Shown here: one piece after another, positions 52,401 through 64,000 of the stretch | How the letters are laid out: every line of letters starts with the position of its first letter | How positions within the stretch are numbered: position 1 is the stretch's first letter | From: Octopus sinensis | Taxonomy: Eukaryota | NCBI RefSeq assembly: GCF_006345805.1 | Contig: NC_042998.1 | Location: forward strand, 180,606,001 to 180,670,000 | Length of the DNA: 64,000 nucleotides | Direction: 5' to 3' | Translations under genes and position numbers: made by a program | The notes under the pieces: generated by a model | What the model saw: only the letters and a program-made list of their open reading frames with translations | What the model was told of the DNA's origin: nothing | Database searches by the model: none

Positions 52401-52737
52401 TATGAGCAGTAATATCACTGGAGACTTGTGACCTCAAATAAGATTCCAACAGTTCACAATTTGTTCATCACAGTTCTACTAATGACAGTTACCATTGACA
52501 CAAATGCTCCCCTCCTATGGAAAACTATATGCAATCAATCGAATAGTTCCAAAGCAAAATCTTTTGAACGTTCGTTATGTTTTTATAACCAAACTCGAAG
52601 TGTTGAGTAGAATATCAGCTGTTGATAGGACGTATTTTCTTACCATCAAGAGTATGCTGTCTCTCGGAATACAAGCCAGCAATGACAGCGTTACTCTAAG
52701 TTCCAATAAGTTATAACATTTGTACATTTTATTGCGA

Positions 52738-53050
52738 GTGGAGGCACATGGCCTAGTGGTTAGAGCAGCGGACTCGCGGTAGAGGGATCGTGGTTTCAAA
52801 TCTCAGACCGGGCGATATGTGTGATTAGCGAAACACCTAATCTCAACGCGGCTCCAACAGAAGGTAATAGCGAATTTCTGCTGACTCTTTCGCCACAACT
52901 TTCTCTCACTCTTTCCTCCTGCATCTTGCAGCTCACCTGCGACGGACCGGCGTCTCGTCCAGGTGGGGAACCTATACGCCAAGGAAACCGGGAAACCGGC
53001 CCTATGAGCTAGGCGTGGCTCGAGAAGGAACAAACAACAAAACAACAACA
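52738..53050 (+). mobile_element. SINE family A with 3' module 2, full length
   Basis: TSD ACATTTTATTG at 52724-52734 and 53051-53061; (CAA)n tail. Confidence 0.93.
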
Positions 53051-53737
53051 ACATTTTATTGAGACAGGTTACCGCAGCAACATACCTTTAGATGGCAATT
53101 GTACCTGCAACTTCAGCTGAGTCAGCATCAAGTTCTACGTTACGGGCTAAACCGGTGTAAACTATAGTGCTTCAGGTCCCTACGTCGTACATGGAACACT
53201 TTCCTTCGCGTGCATCTTGTAACTGCGTTTACATTGTATTTCGTGCTTACGAAGAGCTTTGGTGACGTCTAGAATCTCAAACATCTTTTTCATAAAGAGC
53301 TTCAAAATTTCCAAAGGCTAGGGAAATGTTTGACGGATTATAAACATATAGACATTTCTCATCGTTTTATATTTTTATCCAGGTTTATTGCATATTCACC
53401 TATATGTTTCTAGCAATATGTTTGAAACAGTGATGTTCCGAAAGTCACCATCAACTTTTGTATACTGTTATAGACTCATCTTCAAGATGGAGTAATGTTG
53501 GTGTGTGTTACTGCTTCTATATAGGCAAGATAAATGAGAGCGTTGTGTAAAGTATCACCGGAATTTGAGCTTTTCACTGTCAGACTGTAGGTCATCAGGA
53601 ATTTATAAATCAGATATCTAATTTTGTTTTTCCCTTTTGTTGTCTTTGAGCTTATTTTAGCATTCTACTGTGTTTTAGATATTTCTTCCTTCATCAGTCT
53701 GGTACTTTTGTAAGAATTCTATAGGAACATCACAAAA

Positions 53738-54155
53738 CCTGGCCCATTTAGTCTTATAAAGAAAGGCTGAAGACGCTCGACTTTTATTCCCTCGAAAAAC
53801 GACGACGCCGTGGTGATCTCATTCTCGCTCACAACATCATAAGCGGAAAGTGTAACCTCTCGAAAGAGCTGTTCTTCACTCCTGCCCCAGAGCGTGGGCT
53901 GCGTGGTCACTCCGAAAGGCTCTATCTACGACGATTTCATCTCAATCGAAGGAGAGGAGCTTTCTCCGTCCGGATTGCGGATCCGTGGAATAAGCTGCCG
54001 GACGAGATAGTGAAGATGCCGACGATCGCTCAGTTCAAAGTCTCTCTTGACCAGAAATGGCCTGAACCCTTTGTATGACCACCCTCGCTATACATAACTC
54101 CCTGTCCCTCTACATGGCCTTGCTTTTGTTTTTTGAGCCAAAACAAATTAAATTA
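53738..54155 (+). mobile_element. CR1-clade LINE, 5'-truncated 3' fragment with open ORF2 C-terminus (53752-54078)
   Basis: SYKERLKTLDFYSLEKRRRRGDLILAHNIISG..RGH..FSVRIADPWNKLPDEIV..FKVSLDQKW, 108 codons without a stop, then 3' UTR and (TTAAA)n. Confidence 0.93.
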
Positions 54156-54244
54156 AATAGTTCGTTTTGTGTGGTCCGGTGTACTACAGTTGTTCCTTGT
54201 TTTCGGTGATTCTAGAAGAGTAGAGGGCATATATAGCAAACACA

Positions 54245-54400
54245 ATGCTTCAAATTTTGGCACAAGGCCAGCAATTTTAGACAGGAGGGGTAAGTTGAAT
54301 ATACCGACTCCAGTATTTAACAGGTACTTTATTTCATTGACTCCGAAGAAGTGCCTCTACACGTTGTCCGGTTTGTAAACGATTCCGCCCAGCACGCCGG
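54245..54400 (-). mobile_element. Decayed, internally deleted family B SINE monomer
   Basis: TTCAAATTTTGGCACAAGGCCAGCAATTTT tail; GGTACTTTATTTCATTGAC; AACGATTCCGCC head. Confidence 0.7.
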
Positions 54401-55149
54401 TTTAAAACTTTTCTATTTGCAATTGAATTTATTAATTACACCAAATATTAGTAGCTCAACAGGGAATATGAATAGAGTCATCTTCAGAAGAAAGTGATAC
54501 TAGCCTTTGCTACAGTGTATTTAGTCATCGAACCTATTTCAATAACCATATTTCAATTTGTTACAACTGAACAGAGAAATTGGTTTGAATATAAAATCTT
54601 GGCAGAATTATTAAATAGTCAAATAAATTCATCGATGATCATATTAATTATATCAATTCAAGCTTGATGGAGTGGTTTACAAACTAAGAGTCTTTGACTG
54701 AGATTTCATCCAAGAAGTATTATTTTCTTTCTGGTCGCTCTGTCACTTCTATCGTTGTTTGTTCCCTTTGTGAGGATTTAATCTTTCAGAGTGTTTCTGC
54801 AAGTAATTAGTTGTCAGTCGCCATAAAAATAAAGATATGCGAAATTTTAATGAAGATTCTTAAATAATTCAATGCATGAGAAGAAATTGCACATCTTTAT
54901 TGTTTTATTCTTGGGCTCAATTTAAACATTTTTAATCTATTCTGTATTGTTTCATCAGCAAAAATAGAAACAAAATTATTTGTTATTATTTTTGTTGTTG
55001 TTTTTGTTGTTGTTGATGGTGGTGATGATGATGATGATGATGATGATGAATATGGCAGCGGCGTTGGTGGCTGTGATGGTGGTGGTGGCGGTGGTGATGA
55101 TCATTATCATCATCATCATCATCATCAATACGTCATCATATTTTCTACG

Positions 55150-56652
55150 AATACAAAAACGAAAGGGCCTTATGCAGCTGGAAAACTAATATAAGATAGC
55201 CAATGTGGCACAAAAATAATTCTTGCAAAGAATAATAGAAGTCTAATTCAAACAGAAAGGAAAGAAAAAATAAACAAAGCAAAATTATTTTCTGTCTTCA
55301 AGGAAACCAACCAATACAAAACAGAAGTTGAAATGACAGATCGCTATAAAGAAAAGAGCAATTAAAAATTAAAACTATGAAAGCTTTAAAATCTAATCTA
55401 AAATTAGAGATACAAATGCCATGATAAAACATTGACAAAAAAAAACCTTATATGGCCAATACTTGTGAAGGCGAAACATGGTGGAATTAGGCAAAGAAAA
55501 TTTAGCGGAGAAACGAGGAACCGTAGTTGTGGCAGAGAATCAAAGTTTCTTCGCTAGAAACTACCTAAGTACGTAATGAAGCAAAATACAGTAAGTGCAA
55601 AATACGTAAATATAGACAAGAAACAATCCCAGAACTTATATTAGATGTTAAGTCTGCATTATGTTGTAGCAACAGAAAGGAGTAGTGGGGAGGAAACGCT
55701 CTTGGTAGCACAGGAACAGGTCGTAAGGGAGAATTAGATTATGAGGATGATATGTCTACAAGCCTGCTTACTCAAATGAAGAATGTTCGATGTTTCAGAT
55801 GAGACCACAGTTCTCATTTTATTGGGATGTTCACAGTTACTTCACATGTTGGCGTTTGGAATTTGGGCACAAAGTGTGGCTTTCCATGCACAGAAAAATC
55901 TATAACAATTTTAAGTAAATAGAAATGCAAGGATTCCAAAATGACATGATGAGGTTGTAAGCATTCCTGAATGGAAAGAACAAAACACAGAAGGCTGGGT
56001 ATTTTAGTCGTCAGCTACAAAATAAGGTATTATAATTAACGTGGCATGTCTATTTGACATAGGAGTAAAAAGGGAAAAAAAGAAAAGTTTGAGCAATGTA
56101 TCAACTTGAAGTATAAGGGTCTCGAGTGTTGGAACAGGGAACTCAATAAGACCATAACACTGCCGATTATTATTGGTGAGTTGAGAATAGTGCCAAAAAA
56201 TCTGACCAAAAAACTGAAAAAAAAACTCACTTTATATAAATGCAGTACTGAAATCCTGCAATTCAGATTTCAGCAAAAATGGAAGAAATTCAAAGAATAG
56301 CGCTCCTATTGGAAACTCCTCATACCCTAAGTAAATTTTGTCAATGTTATTCCAAAAACATTTCAATCTGAGTACTTTTAAATGTACATAATAACATACA
56401 TCTTTTACTGTCATCTTAAGATCACATTATCATTTTATCACCAAATTACTATTAAAGCAAGCTTTTAATTTTCTTATATATTGACAGATTGTGCATGACC
56501 TAAAATATGCTATCCTAGACATAATACTGACTTGAAGTACTAACTTCTAGTCTCTTGAGGTCCCTGGATGAGACTTGTACAAATACAAAGCAAAAGCTAA
56601 ACATATAATAATAATGATGATGATGATGATGATGACGATGATAATAATAATA

Positions 56653-56701
<49 letters not shown>

Positions 56702-56718
56702 CAACAACAACAACAGTA

Positions 56719-56792
<74 letters not shown>
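55150..56792 (+). mobile_element. Dong/R4-type non-LTR retrotransposon, decayed 3' part with (TAA)n tail
   Basis: RKGLMQLEN*YK (~55158), ETLLVAQEQ (~55693), LPIIIGELRIVPKNL (~56160), EEIQRIALL (~56282); (TAA/ATG/ACA)n tail 56605-56792. Confidence 0.8.
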
Positions 56793-56793
<1 letters not shown>

Positions 56794-56799
56794 TTGGCC

Positions 56800-59430
56800 C
56801 TTCTGGGAAGTGTGAAGTTGAATAATTTTTGCCTATGTGGTTTTATTTGTTTGCTTGTGTGTGGTGGTGATGGTCTTGTTGTTGTTCTGGTTGTGTCTGT
56901 GTTTGCTGTGAGTGTGGTATCTGCAGTTTTAGATGTTTGTGTGAGTGTTTGTTCTTGTGTCTGTTTGCGTTTGGGGGATTTTGGTGGTAGAGACGGTGTT
57001 AGTTGTGTTGGAGTTTGGGGGGAGATGTTTGCGTGGGTGGTGTCTGTATTTTTTTATTGTGGGTCTTGTTATGCTTTGTGGAGTTTTTCTTTCGTTCTTT
57101 CTTTTTTGTTTTGGGGGGCCTTTTGGGTTTTCCTTCATTATCACTACAGGAAGATGAAGAGTCAGTGGTTGTGTGTATGTATCTGCGAGTATGTTTATAT
57201 TCTTATTTTCTTGTGTATTTGTTGGTGTAGGAGAATGGGGGAGCTTTCTCCGTTTTCCCCACGAGTGGTTTATGTCTTTGATGGTGTTTTGTTTGTTGTT
57301 GCTGGTTGTTGTTGTTGTTGTTGTTAAGCAACAAGACGGGTAAGGGTGATTAGGTGATGGTCTAGGGCTTAGGACCGGGAGATCCCAGGCCTTAAAAGAA
57401 AAATCTTTGGTCGTCTTATTGACGCCCGACGCCACTGGGAGGTAGACCTCGAAGTCGCTGGAAATGGAGATCTCCCGGTCCAAATTATTGAACGGCTGTT
57501 TTTGCTGCTGGGTTTGCAGGTGCTGGTGCTGGTTCTGGTCTTCGTCCAGCGTAGGCACCAGTGGATGCGTTCGACCTCTTGCACTTTTGTCATTTGAGGA
57601 CAGAAGGCTCGCAAATGAGTAGTCTCTCCACAACGAAACAAATCAGCCTTCTGCTCTCAGTTATTTTGTGCAATACTGTCCCGTTTTGGAGATGGATGTG
57701 GTCTGGGCTTCTTTTGAAGTTATCGGGCTTGATCTCCAGAAGTATCCCCAGATCCACCCCGGACTGTAATGCCTGGCAGTTTTTGTCACCTCCATCGGAA
57801 CGGTATTTGACCTTTGCTCGATCACGCATACCAGAAAACACCACATGTCAAACTCTGGGGGAATCCTGGGAATGGGGACATGCGCTATTCTTTTGCCCAT
57901 ATGGGATGAGTACATAATGAAATTGCTGGTTTTGCAAAGGCTCATTGAGTGCTTCATAGCAAAGGCCTCTAACTAAAAAATTACCGAAATGGTGCCGTAT
58001 TGTCTGCCCCTCGCTGTGTACTCGGTATCATCCCTGATACATCTCAGCACAGCTTCAATATATGCCTGTGCTATTATATTATATCACTGGTTTGGTTTGT
58101 CTCAGCTGAGATGCATCTGAAATGAACTGTTATTTTTTTTCACCGCTTCAATTGCCTCTTTTTGTACGGTTAAGTTGGCCCAGGTTTGTTCATGGTTGAT
58201 GAGCATCCATGCCTGGGCCAATTTCTCTTATTTTTTTGTGAAGTCTATCCTGTAACGTGGTTTCATTTTGCCTGCTACTGCAGCGAACGTTTTCTTGTTG
58301 TTGTTGTTGCTGCTGCTGTTGTTGTTGTTGGTAATATTGGTATTGCTATTGTTCTCGTTGGTGTTGGCTTTATTGCTACTGATCCTTTGCTGTTTGTTGT
58401 GGCGGTGGAGTTGCAGCCGCTTGTTTTGCGGCCACCATCACCGCTACAAATGCTGGCTTCAATTTCTTCTGGATCACTGCTATTGTTGGTTCTTCTTCTT
58501 CTTCTTCTTCTTCTTCTTCTTCTTCTTCTTCTTCTTCTTCTTCTTCTTCTTCTTCTTCTTCTTCTTCTACTAATCAAGACTCACGCCATTAGCCACAAAG
58601 AATAATCTCTAATTCGAGCCTACTGTAAGCTACTAAGAATGCGTGCGGCAACTTTAAGATCCACCCCCCATCCGCGATAGACGGTTGCACGGGTGCGAAA
58701 GCTACGTTGTTATTCTCATTCCGTAAACGGTGGCTTTTCACGGGTGGACAGCTGAACCATCCTGTGGTACAGAAGATTCGCAATCTAGACTAGGGTCTGA
58801 ATGTTTACCACACCATAGTGGGTTACACCATGTTTGCTCTGCTTTTTGGCAGAAGTAAGAAGAAATAGTGAGACAAAAGTTGTGGTGAAAGAGTACAGCG
58901 GGTTTCACTACCCTCCCCCGCCGAAAGCTCGTGGAGCTTAGGTGTTTTTGCTCAATAAACACTCACAATGTCCGGTCTGGGAATCGAAACCACGTTCTTA
59001 CGACTGCGAGTCCACTGCCCTAACCACTGAGCCATTGCGCCTCCACTCTGCTACTGCCGTCTGTGTTGCTATCACCGCGACTGTTGCTTGTGTTTTAGCC
59101 GGTTTTGTTACTGTTACTACTTGTCGTGGTGTCGCAGCTTTTGCTGTCTCTACAGCCACCAACATTACTGCTTCCGCCACATCTACCATCGACACTCCTG
59201 TCACTGCACCTGTTTTCGTTGTAACTAATTTCACAAGCTTCGTGAGCTTTCACATTGCTTAGGCCGCTACTGTTGTTGTTGTCATCGTTGTTGTTGGGAG
59301 TGATATGAGGGAGAGAAAATCTTCTTCTGTGGGAAGGATGATAGGAGAGATGGCTTTCCTCCTCAGTGCTTCCATGGTTGATGATGCCGATGATAATGGT
59401 GATGATGACGCCATCTTGTGTGTTTGTTTT
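56800..59430 (-). mobile_element. ORF1/gag-like-only element, copy 3, split by a SINE
   Basis: CAAG ATG GCG start at 59414 (MASSSPLSS..); KKTFAAVAG at ~58267-58296; IEAVLRCIRDDTEYTARGRQYGTISVIF and GKRIAHVPIPRIPP; C/FRCGETTHLRAFC knuckle at 57600-57641 split by a one-base frameshift; Lys/Pro/Thr-rich tail; no RT seen. Confidence 0.75.
58491..59046 (-). mobile_element. SINE family A with a long 3' module 3 and (AGA)26 tail
   Basis: Family A head at 58850-59046; about 290 bp of sequence unique in this window; (TTC)n at 58491-58568 is the tail; imperfect flanking match CACTGCTATTG / CTCTGCTACTG. Confidence 0.8.
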
Positions 59431-59660
59431 TTTTATGATTTTCTGAATGCAATTTATAATTAAATGAATAAATACTGCCCCGTAGGGCAAAAATAGCCAC
59501 AGGAAGCCAATCAACAGCTTCTTAGTGTTCTAATAATCAGTTTATAAGAAAAATTAATAACACATATTGTACAGACAAAGTGAAAAGCACACTTTAAAAC
59601 ATAGCTGAAGAAACGTGTTCGAAAGAACGCCTTACATTTCCCACAACGAATAATAATAAC

Positions 59661-60278
59661 GGTTTCAAATTTTGCCACACGGACAGCAATTTGTGGGGAG
59701 AGGATGAGTCAATTACATCGACCCCAGTGCTCAACTGGAACTTATTTTATCGACCCCGAAAGGATGAAAGGCAAAGTCGACCTCGGCGAAATCTGAACTC
59801 ACAACGTAACGGCAGACGAAATACCTATTTCTTTATTACCCACAAGGGGCAAAACATAGAGGGGACAAACAAGGACAGACATAGGTATTACGTCGATTAC
59901 ATCGACCCCAGTGCGTAGCTGGTACTTATTTTAATCGACCCCGAAAGGATGAAAGGCAAAGTCGACCTCGGCGGAATTTGAACTCACAACGTAACGACAG
60001 ACGAAATACCGCTAAGCATTTCGCCCGTCGTGCTAACGTTTCTGCCAGCTCGCCGCTCGCAATAATAATACTAATCCTTTCTACTATCGGCACAAGGCCT
60101 GAAATTTGGGGAAAGTGGGATAGTTGATTACATCCACCACAACTGGTACTTATGTTTATTGACCCAAAGAAAGATGAAAGGCAAAGTCGACGTCGGCAGA
60201 ATTTGAACTCAGAACGTAGCGACGGGCGAACTACCGCTAAGCATTTCACCCGGTGTGCTAACGATTCTGCCAGCCTTA
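59661..60278 (-). mobile_element. Family B SINE dimer (59661-60058) plus monomer (60072-60278), head to tail
   Basis: Clear repeat units joined by AATAATAATA; followed by (TAA)n 60279-60347. Confidence 0.92.
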
Positions 60279-60296
60279 TTAATAATAATAATAATA

Positions 60297-60348
<52 letters not shown>

Positions 60349-60744
60349 CGATGATTATGATGAAGACACAAATGATGAAAATGGTAGTAATTATTATTTT
60401 TGTTATTGCTGTTGTTTTTATCTTTGTTATAAATCATCCGCATCAACATCATCATAATCATCACCATTATCAAGCTAATACACGCAAGAACGTTATCTTG
60501 GAGTGAGGTGACAACACTTTTCCTCAAGTCTCAAGAATCTTTCTTATGATTCTGGCAAAATGTAGAATAGTACAATTCTATAGGTAGATGATACGAGTCG
60601 CAATTCCAATATCTCACAGTCTTATAGGTAGCATTTTAGGTGTTGTTGCACCACTTACCGCAAGAATAATTGTTGCTTATTTTCCACTCTCTTCATGTCC
60701 ATGACTAGATCCTGATATTTTCCAATTTTTAAAAAATTTCTTTG

Positions 60745-61258
60745 GTATTAACTACATTGACCTCGAAATATGAAAGACAAAGCCGACTTCGGCAGCATTT
60801 GAACACTGAACGTAAAAACGGATGAGATGTTGCTAAATGTTTTGCTCGGCATGCTAACGATTCTGCCTGCTCACCGACTTATAATCCTTTTTACTGGAAG
60901 CACAAGGCTTCAGATTTGGGAGAAGGGATTAAGTCGACTACATTGACCCCAGTGCGTAACTACTTCTTATTTAATCGAAAGACAAAGTCGACCTCCGCAG
61001 AAATTGAACTCAGAACGTAGCAACGTGCGAAATATCTATTTCTTTACTACCCACAAGGGGCTAACACAGAGAGGACAAACAAACGGATTAAGTCGATTAT
61101 ATCAACCCCAATGCGTAACTGGCACTTATTTAATCGACCCCGAAAGGATGAAATGCAAAGTCGACCTCGGCGGAATTTGAACTCAGAACGTAACGGCAGA
61201 CAAAATACCGCTTAGCATTTTGCCCGGCGTGCTAAAGTGTCGGCCAGCTCGCCGCCTT
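60745..61258 (-). mobile_element. Family B SINE partial monomer (60745-60878) plus dimer (60885-61258)
   Basis: Repeat units as above. Confidence 0.88.
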
Positions 61259-61539
61259 ATAATGATAATATAAGAAAAGAAGTCTTGTCGTTAAACAATA
61301 GTTTTATTCAAACATTAGTAAATGTAAAACTCCAGGATTTTTATCTTTTATTATGTAATTCACTAAACATTCTAAAGTAATCACATAATTTCTACAATGG
61401 CTATTAAATAAATTAATTTCTACAATGTTGTTAAATAAATTAATTTGTTTCTTCTATTAGAGTATATGACAACAGCAATGCTATCATCTTTTCTTTAGTA
61501 GTGTCAATCTATGTAGCTTTTACATAGCAAATATTATAT

Positions 61540-61593
<54 letters not shown>

Positions 61594-61800
61594 ATATGTA
61601 TGTATGTATGTATATATTTATGTATGTATATGTTTATGTATGTATGTATGTGGGAAATTTTTTCCCACACGCGCAAATATATATATATTTGTGTGTGTGG
61701 GGAAAATTTCATTATGGACATGCTTCACTGAAATAATAATTATGCTATTGTGTAACGTTTTAGTGTGGAGTTTTACCTAATTTTATTATTAGTGATCTGT

Positions 61801-61990
61801 AAGGCAGCGAGCTGGGAAAAACGCTTAGCGGCAAACCTACCGGCTTTGCGTTCCCTGTTCAATTTTCATCGAGTCGACTCTGCCTTTCATCCTTTTGGGA
61901 CGATAAAATAAGTACCAGTTGAGCATCACGTTTGATATAAAAGACTAGCCTACTCCTCATAAATTTCAAGTATTGTGCCTCTAGTAAAAC
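61801..61990 (+). mobile_element. Decayed family B SINE monomer
   Basis: AAGGCAGCGAGCTGG head; GTCGACTCTGCCTTTCATCCTTTT; ATAAGTACCAGTTGAGCA. Confidence 0.78.
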
Positions 61991-61996
61991 GATTTA

Positions 61997-63628
61997 CACT
62001 GGTGCTTATGGATTTTGTTTCTTTAGTTTGGAGAAATGTTTCCTAGTAATTTTCGGGTGCTGGTTTCAAAAGTGAAAACCATTTTCCTCTATCACGTTAA
62101 AATTTTTCGTAAACTCAAATGTCCATTGTTCAACATTCTGTAAGAATAGTTTTGGCTTCATCAAATGCAGGCCCCTGTATGGAACTTGGCATAACATAAT
62201 TTTTCAATATCATTAAAAATATGTGCAACTACAAAACTGAAAACAAAAGTCATGGTTTAAGTATCTTCAGTGAATAAAAACCATCAAACTTGAGCAACTT
62301 TCACTATTTTCAATCTGACCAGTTTAAAATGTCATGGCAATCATAGAATTCTTTATACAATTACATGTTCATAAACGACAGAGTTCTGTGGTCCTTGACA
62401 TCATGCATGTCTTATATTTATGGAATTTGTTTGCAGATATGCCCACGCTGTACTTTGTTTAGAATAACTATCATTGCAAACCAGGTGCAACATATTTTGT
62501 TGAACCTTCTAGTATTTCTTATGAAAATTGGTATTTTGAATCACCTTTAATATTTAATTGAGGTCACATGCGTCAAGGCGATTTTTGTGAAGCATTGTCA
62601 AAGGAATATTGAAAGAACTTCATGGTATGCACGCTCTTTATGAAATTTGCTATCACAAATCTGTATTTGCTTACATTCTAACAGCTGACAATTCTTGAAA
62701 TGCTTTTCACGGGTGACAACTGGCTTCAGTATATGCTTTGTATCTCAGAAATATGGCCTGCTGCGAGAGAAGAGAATGCAGCAACTGGCCCGATGTCTTC
62801 TGCTACATTTGTTGATGTTAAATTTTACCTAAACAGCGAAAGAATATCACAGATTTGTGAAGAAAGCTTGCCTTACTTCGGCATGAAACTGGGTGATCAA
62901 GACAAAGTCTTGGCACCTCATACAGTGTGTAAGCCATGTGTTGAAGCACTGAGACGGTGACTAATTCAAATGTTTAAGCAGTAAGATTCCAGCTTTTGTC
63001 TTGTGAGAAAATTAATGTAGATGTGTTTAACTGGCTAGAAATTTAGTGTCTACTGCAGGACGTGCAGCTTTTTGAAGAACGTGTCTGGTGGTGAAAAAGA
63101 AACATGGAAAGCTTTTGCCACAGTTGTGTCTGATTTCCTGGGGAAAAGAAAGCCATTAAATTGTGCAGATCTTATTAAGCAGTTTTGGGGTACAGGACTG
63201 CAACAGCAGTGTAAAAGTGTATTTCCTGCCCAGTCATCTGGACTATTTCTCATAGAAAATCATTTTGTAATAAGTGATGTGCAAGGAGAAAGATTCTCTT
63301 CGAGACCACAAAGAATAGGTATCAATGCAGGTGGAACATAAACATGATAGTTGACTGCTTCTGGTCTCTGCAAAGAGACTGTCTTAATGCAAGTTATTCA
63401 CGTGAAGTAGCAAAGAGAAATTTCAAATAATAAAAGCAGCTGACCAACCCTATTACTTACGGGATATGCAATACAACTATACTTATTCAGAGTGTAAGCT
63501 TTAGAAAAAAAACTTTGACGAGATAGAAGGAAACTACTGTAGTTTTGAAATTCGCATGCCAATTTTAGTCTAAATCATGGGACAAAAGCAAACTCAACAG
63601 AAATTATGTTCAAAATTGTTCACCAGTA
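61997..63628 (+). mobile_element. Chapaev3-like (CMC superfamily) DNA transposon, internally deleted and pseudogenised
   Basis: YFGMKLGDQDKVLAPHTVCKPCVEALR and EKETWKAFATVVSDFLG..SDVQGERF match recalled Chapaev3 transposase motifs; termini CACTGGTG / CACCAGTA with subterminal inverted similarity; no clean 4-bp TSD. Confidence 0.75.
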
Positions 63629-63717
63629 TTCTTTGTTATTTTTGCTTCGTTTGGAGCAACAAGGCAGTGTGTCTATACTGGCGATGAGCTGAGAATAGTG
63701 GAGGATCATTCATATAT

Positions 63718-63875
63718 GTATACAGCAGGTTTCTTTCAGTTTCCGTCGACCAGATCAACTCACTAGGTTTTGGTCGGCCCAAAGCTATTGTAGAAGACAC
63801 TCCAAGTTGCCACGCAGTGGAACTGAACCCAGAACCATATACTTGAGAAGCGCGTTTCGTACCACACAGCCACCC
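63718..63875 (-). mobile_element. SINE family C, 5' half
   Basis: TTCTTTCAGTTTCCGTC..GGTCGGCCC..GTAGAAGACAC..GCCACGCAGTGGAACTGAACCC. Confidence 0.85.
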
Positions 63876-64000
63876 TTGGACCTACCTAATGTTTCTTTCA
63901 TATATTTTTCCTATCTAATTTTACTTTGTCATATGTGATATAATGTGAGCTAGTGATTCGTTATTGGGGATACATGGTCAGCTATCAACAAAGTATGGTA

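Noticed and set aside
53719-53910. 63-aa minus-strand ORF
   Set aside because: Antisense shadow of the CR1 ORF2 fragment.

Overview
AT-rich, microsatellite-dense eukaryotic DNA with no recognisable intact host gene, RNA gene or CRISPR array. The repeat complement (tRNA-headed SINEs with a CORE-like block, a dimeric SINE, Dong/R4-type and CR1 LINE remnants, mariner, Chapaev3-like and hAT elements) points to a coleoid cephalopod, most likely Octopus (inference). SINE family letters A-D are my own working labels. Almost all listed ORFs are microsatellite or repeat read-through. The most unusual signal is three decayed copies (about 11.95-13.8 kb minus, 27.0-29.6 kb plus, 56.8-59.4 kb minus) of a ~2 kb element. 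It encodes only a gag/ORF1-like protein (low-complexity N-terminus, TFAAVA motif, RRM-like block, CCHC knuckle, unexplained C-terminal domains) and shows no endonuclease or reverse transcriptase. This suggests an ORF1-only (HAL1-like) retroelement or a retro-derived gene family. Other points of note: a 160-bp near-perfect palindrome nested in a hAT MITE, a local duplication carrying a candidate micro-exon, mix-and-match SINE modules, hammerhead-like remnants, and weak splice-signal candidates near 10.3-10.85 kb. All alignments were done by eye and boundaries of degenerate elements are approximate.
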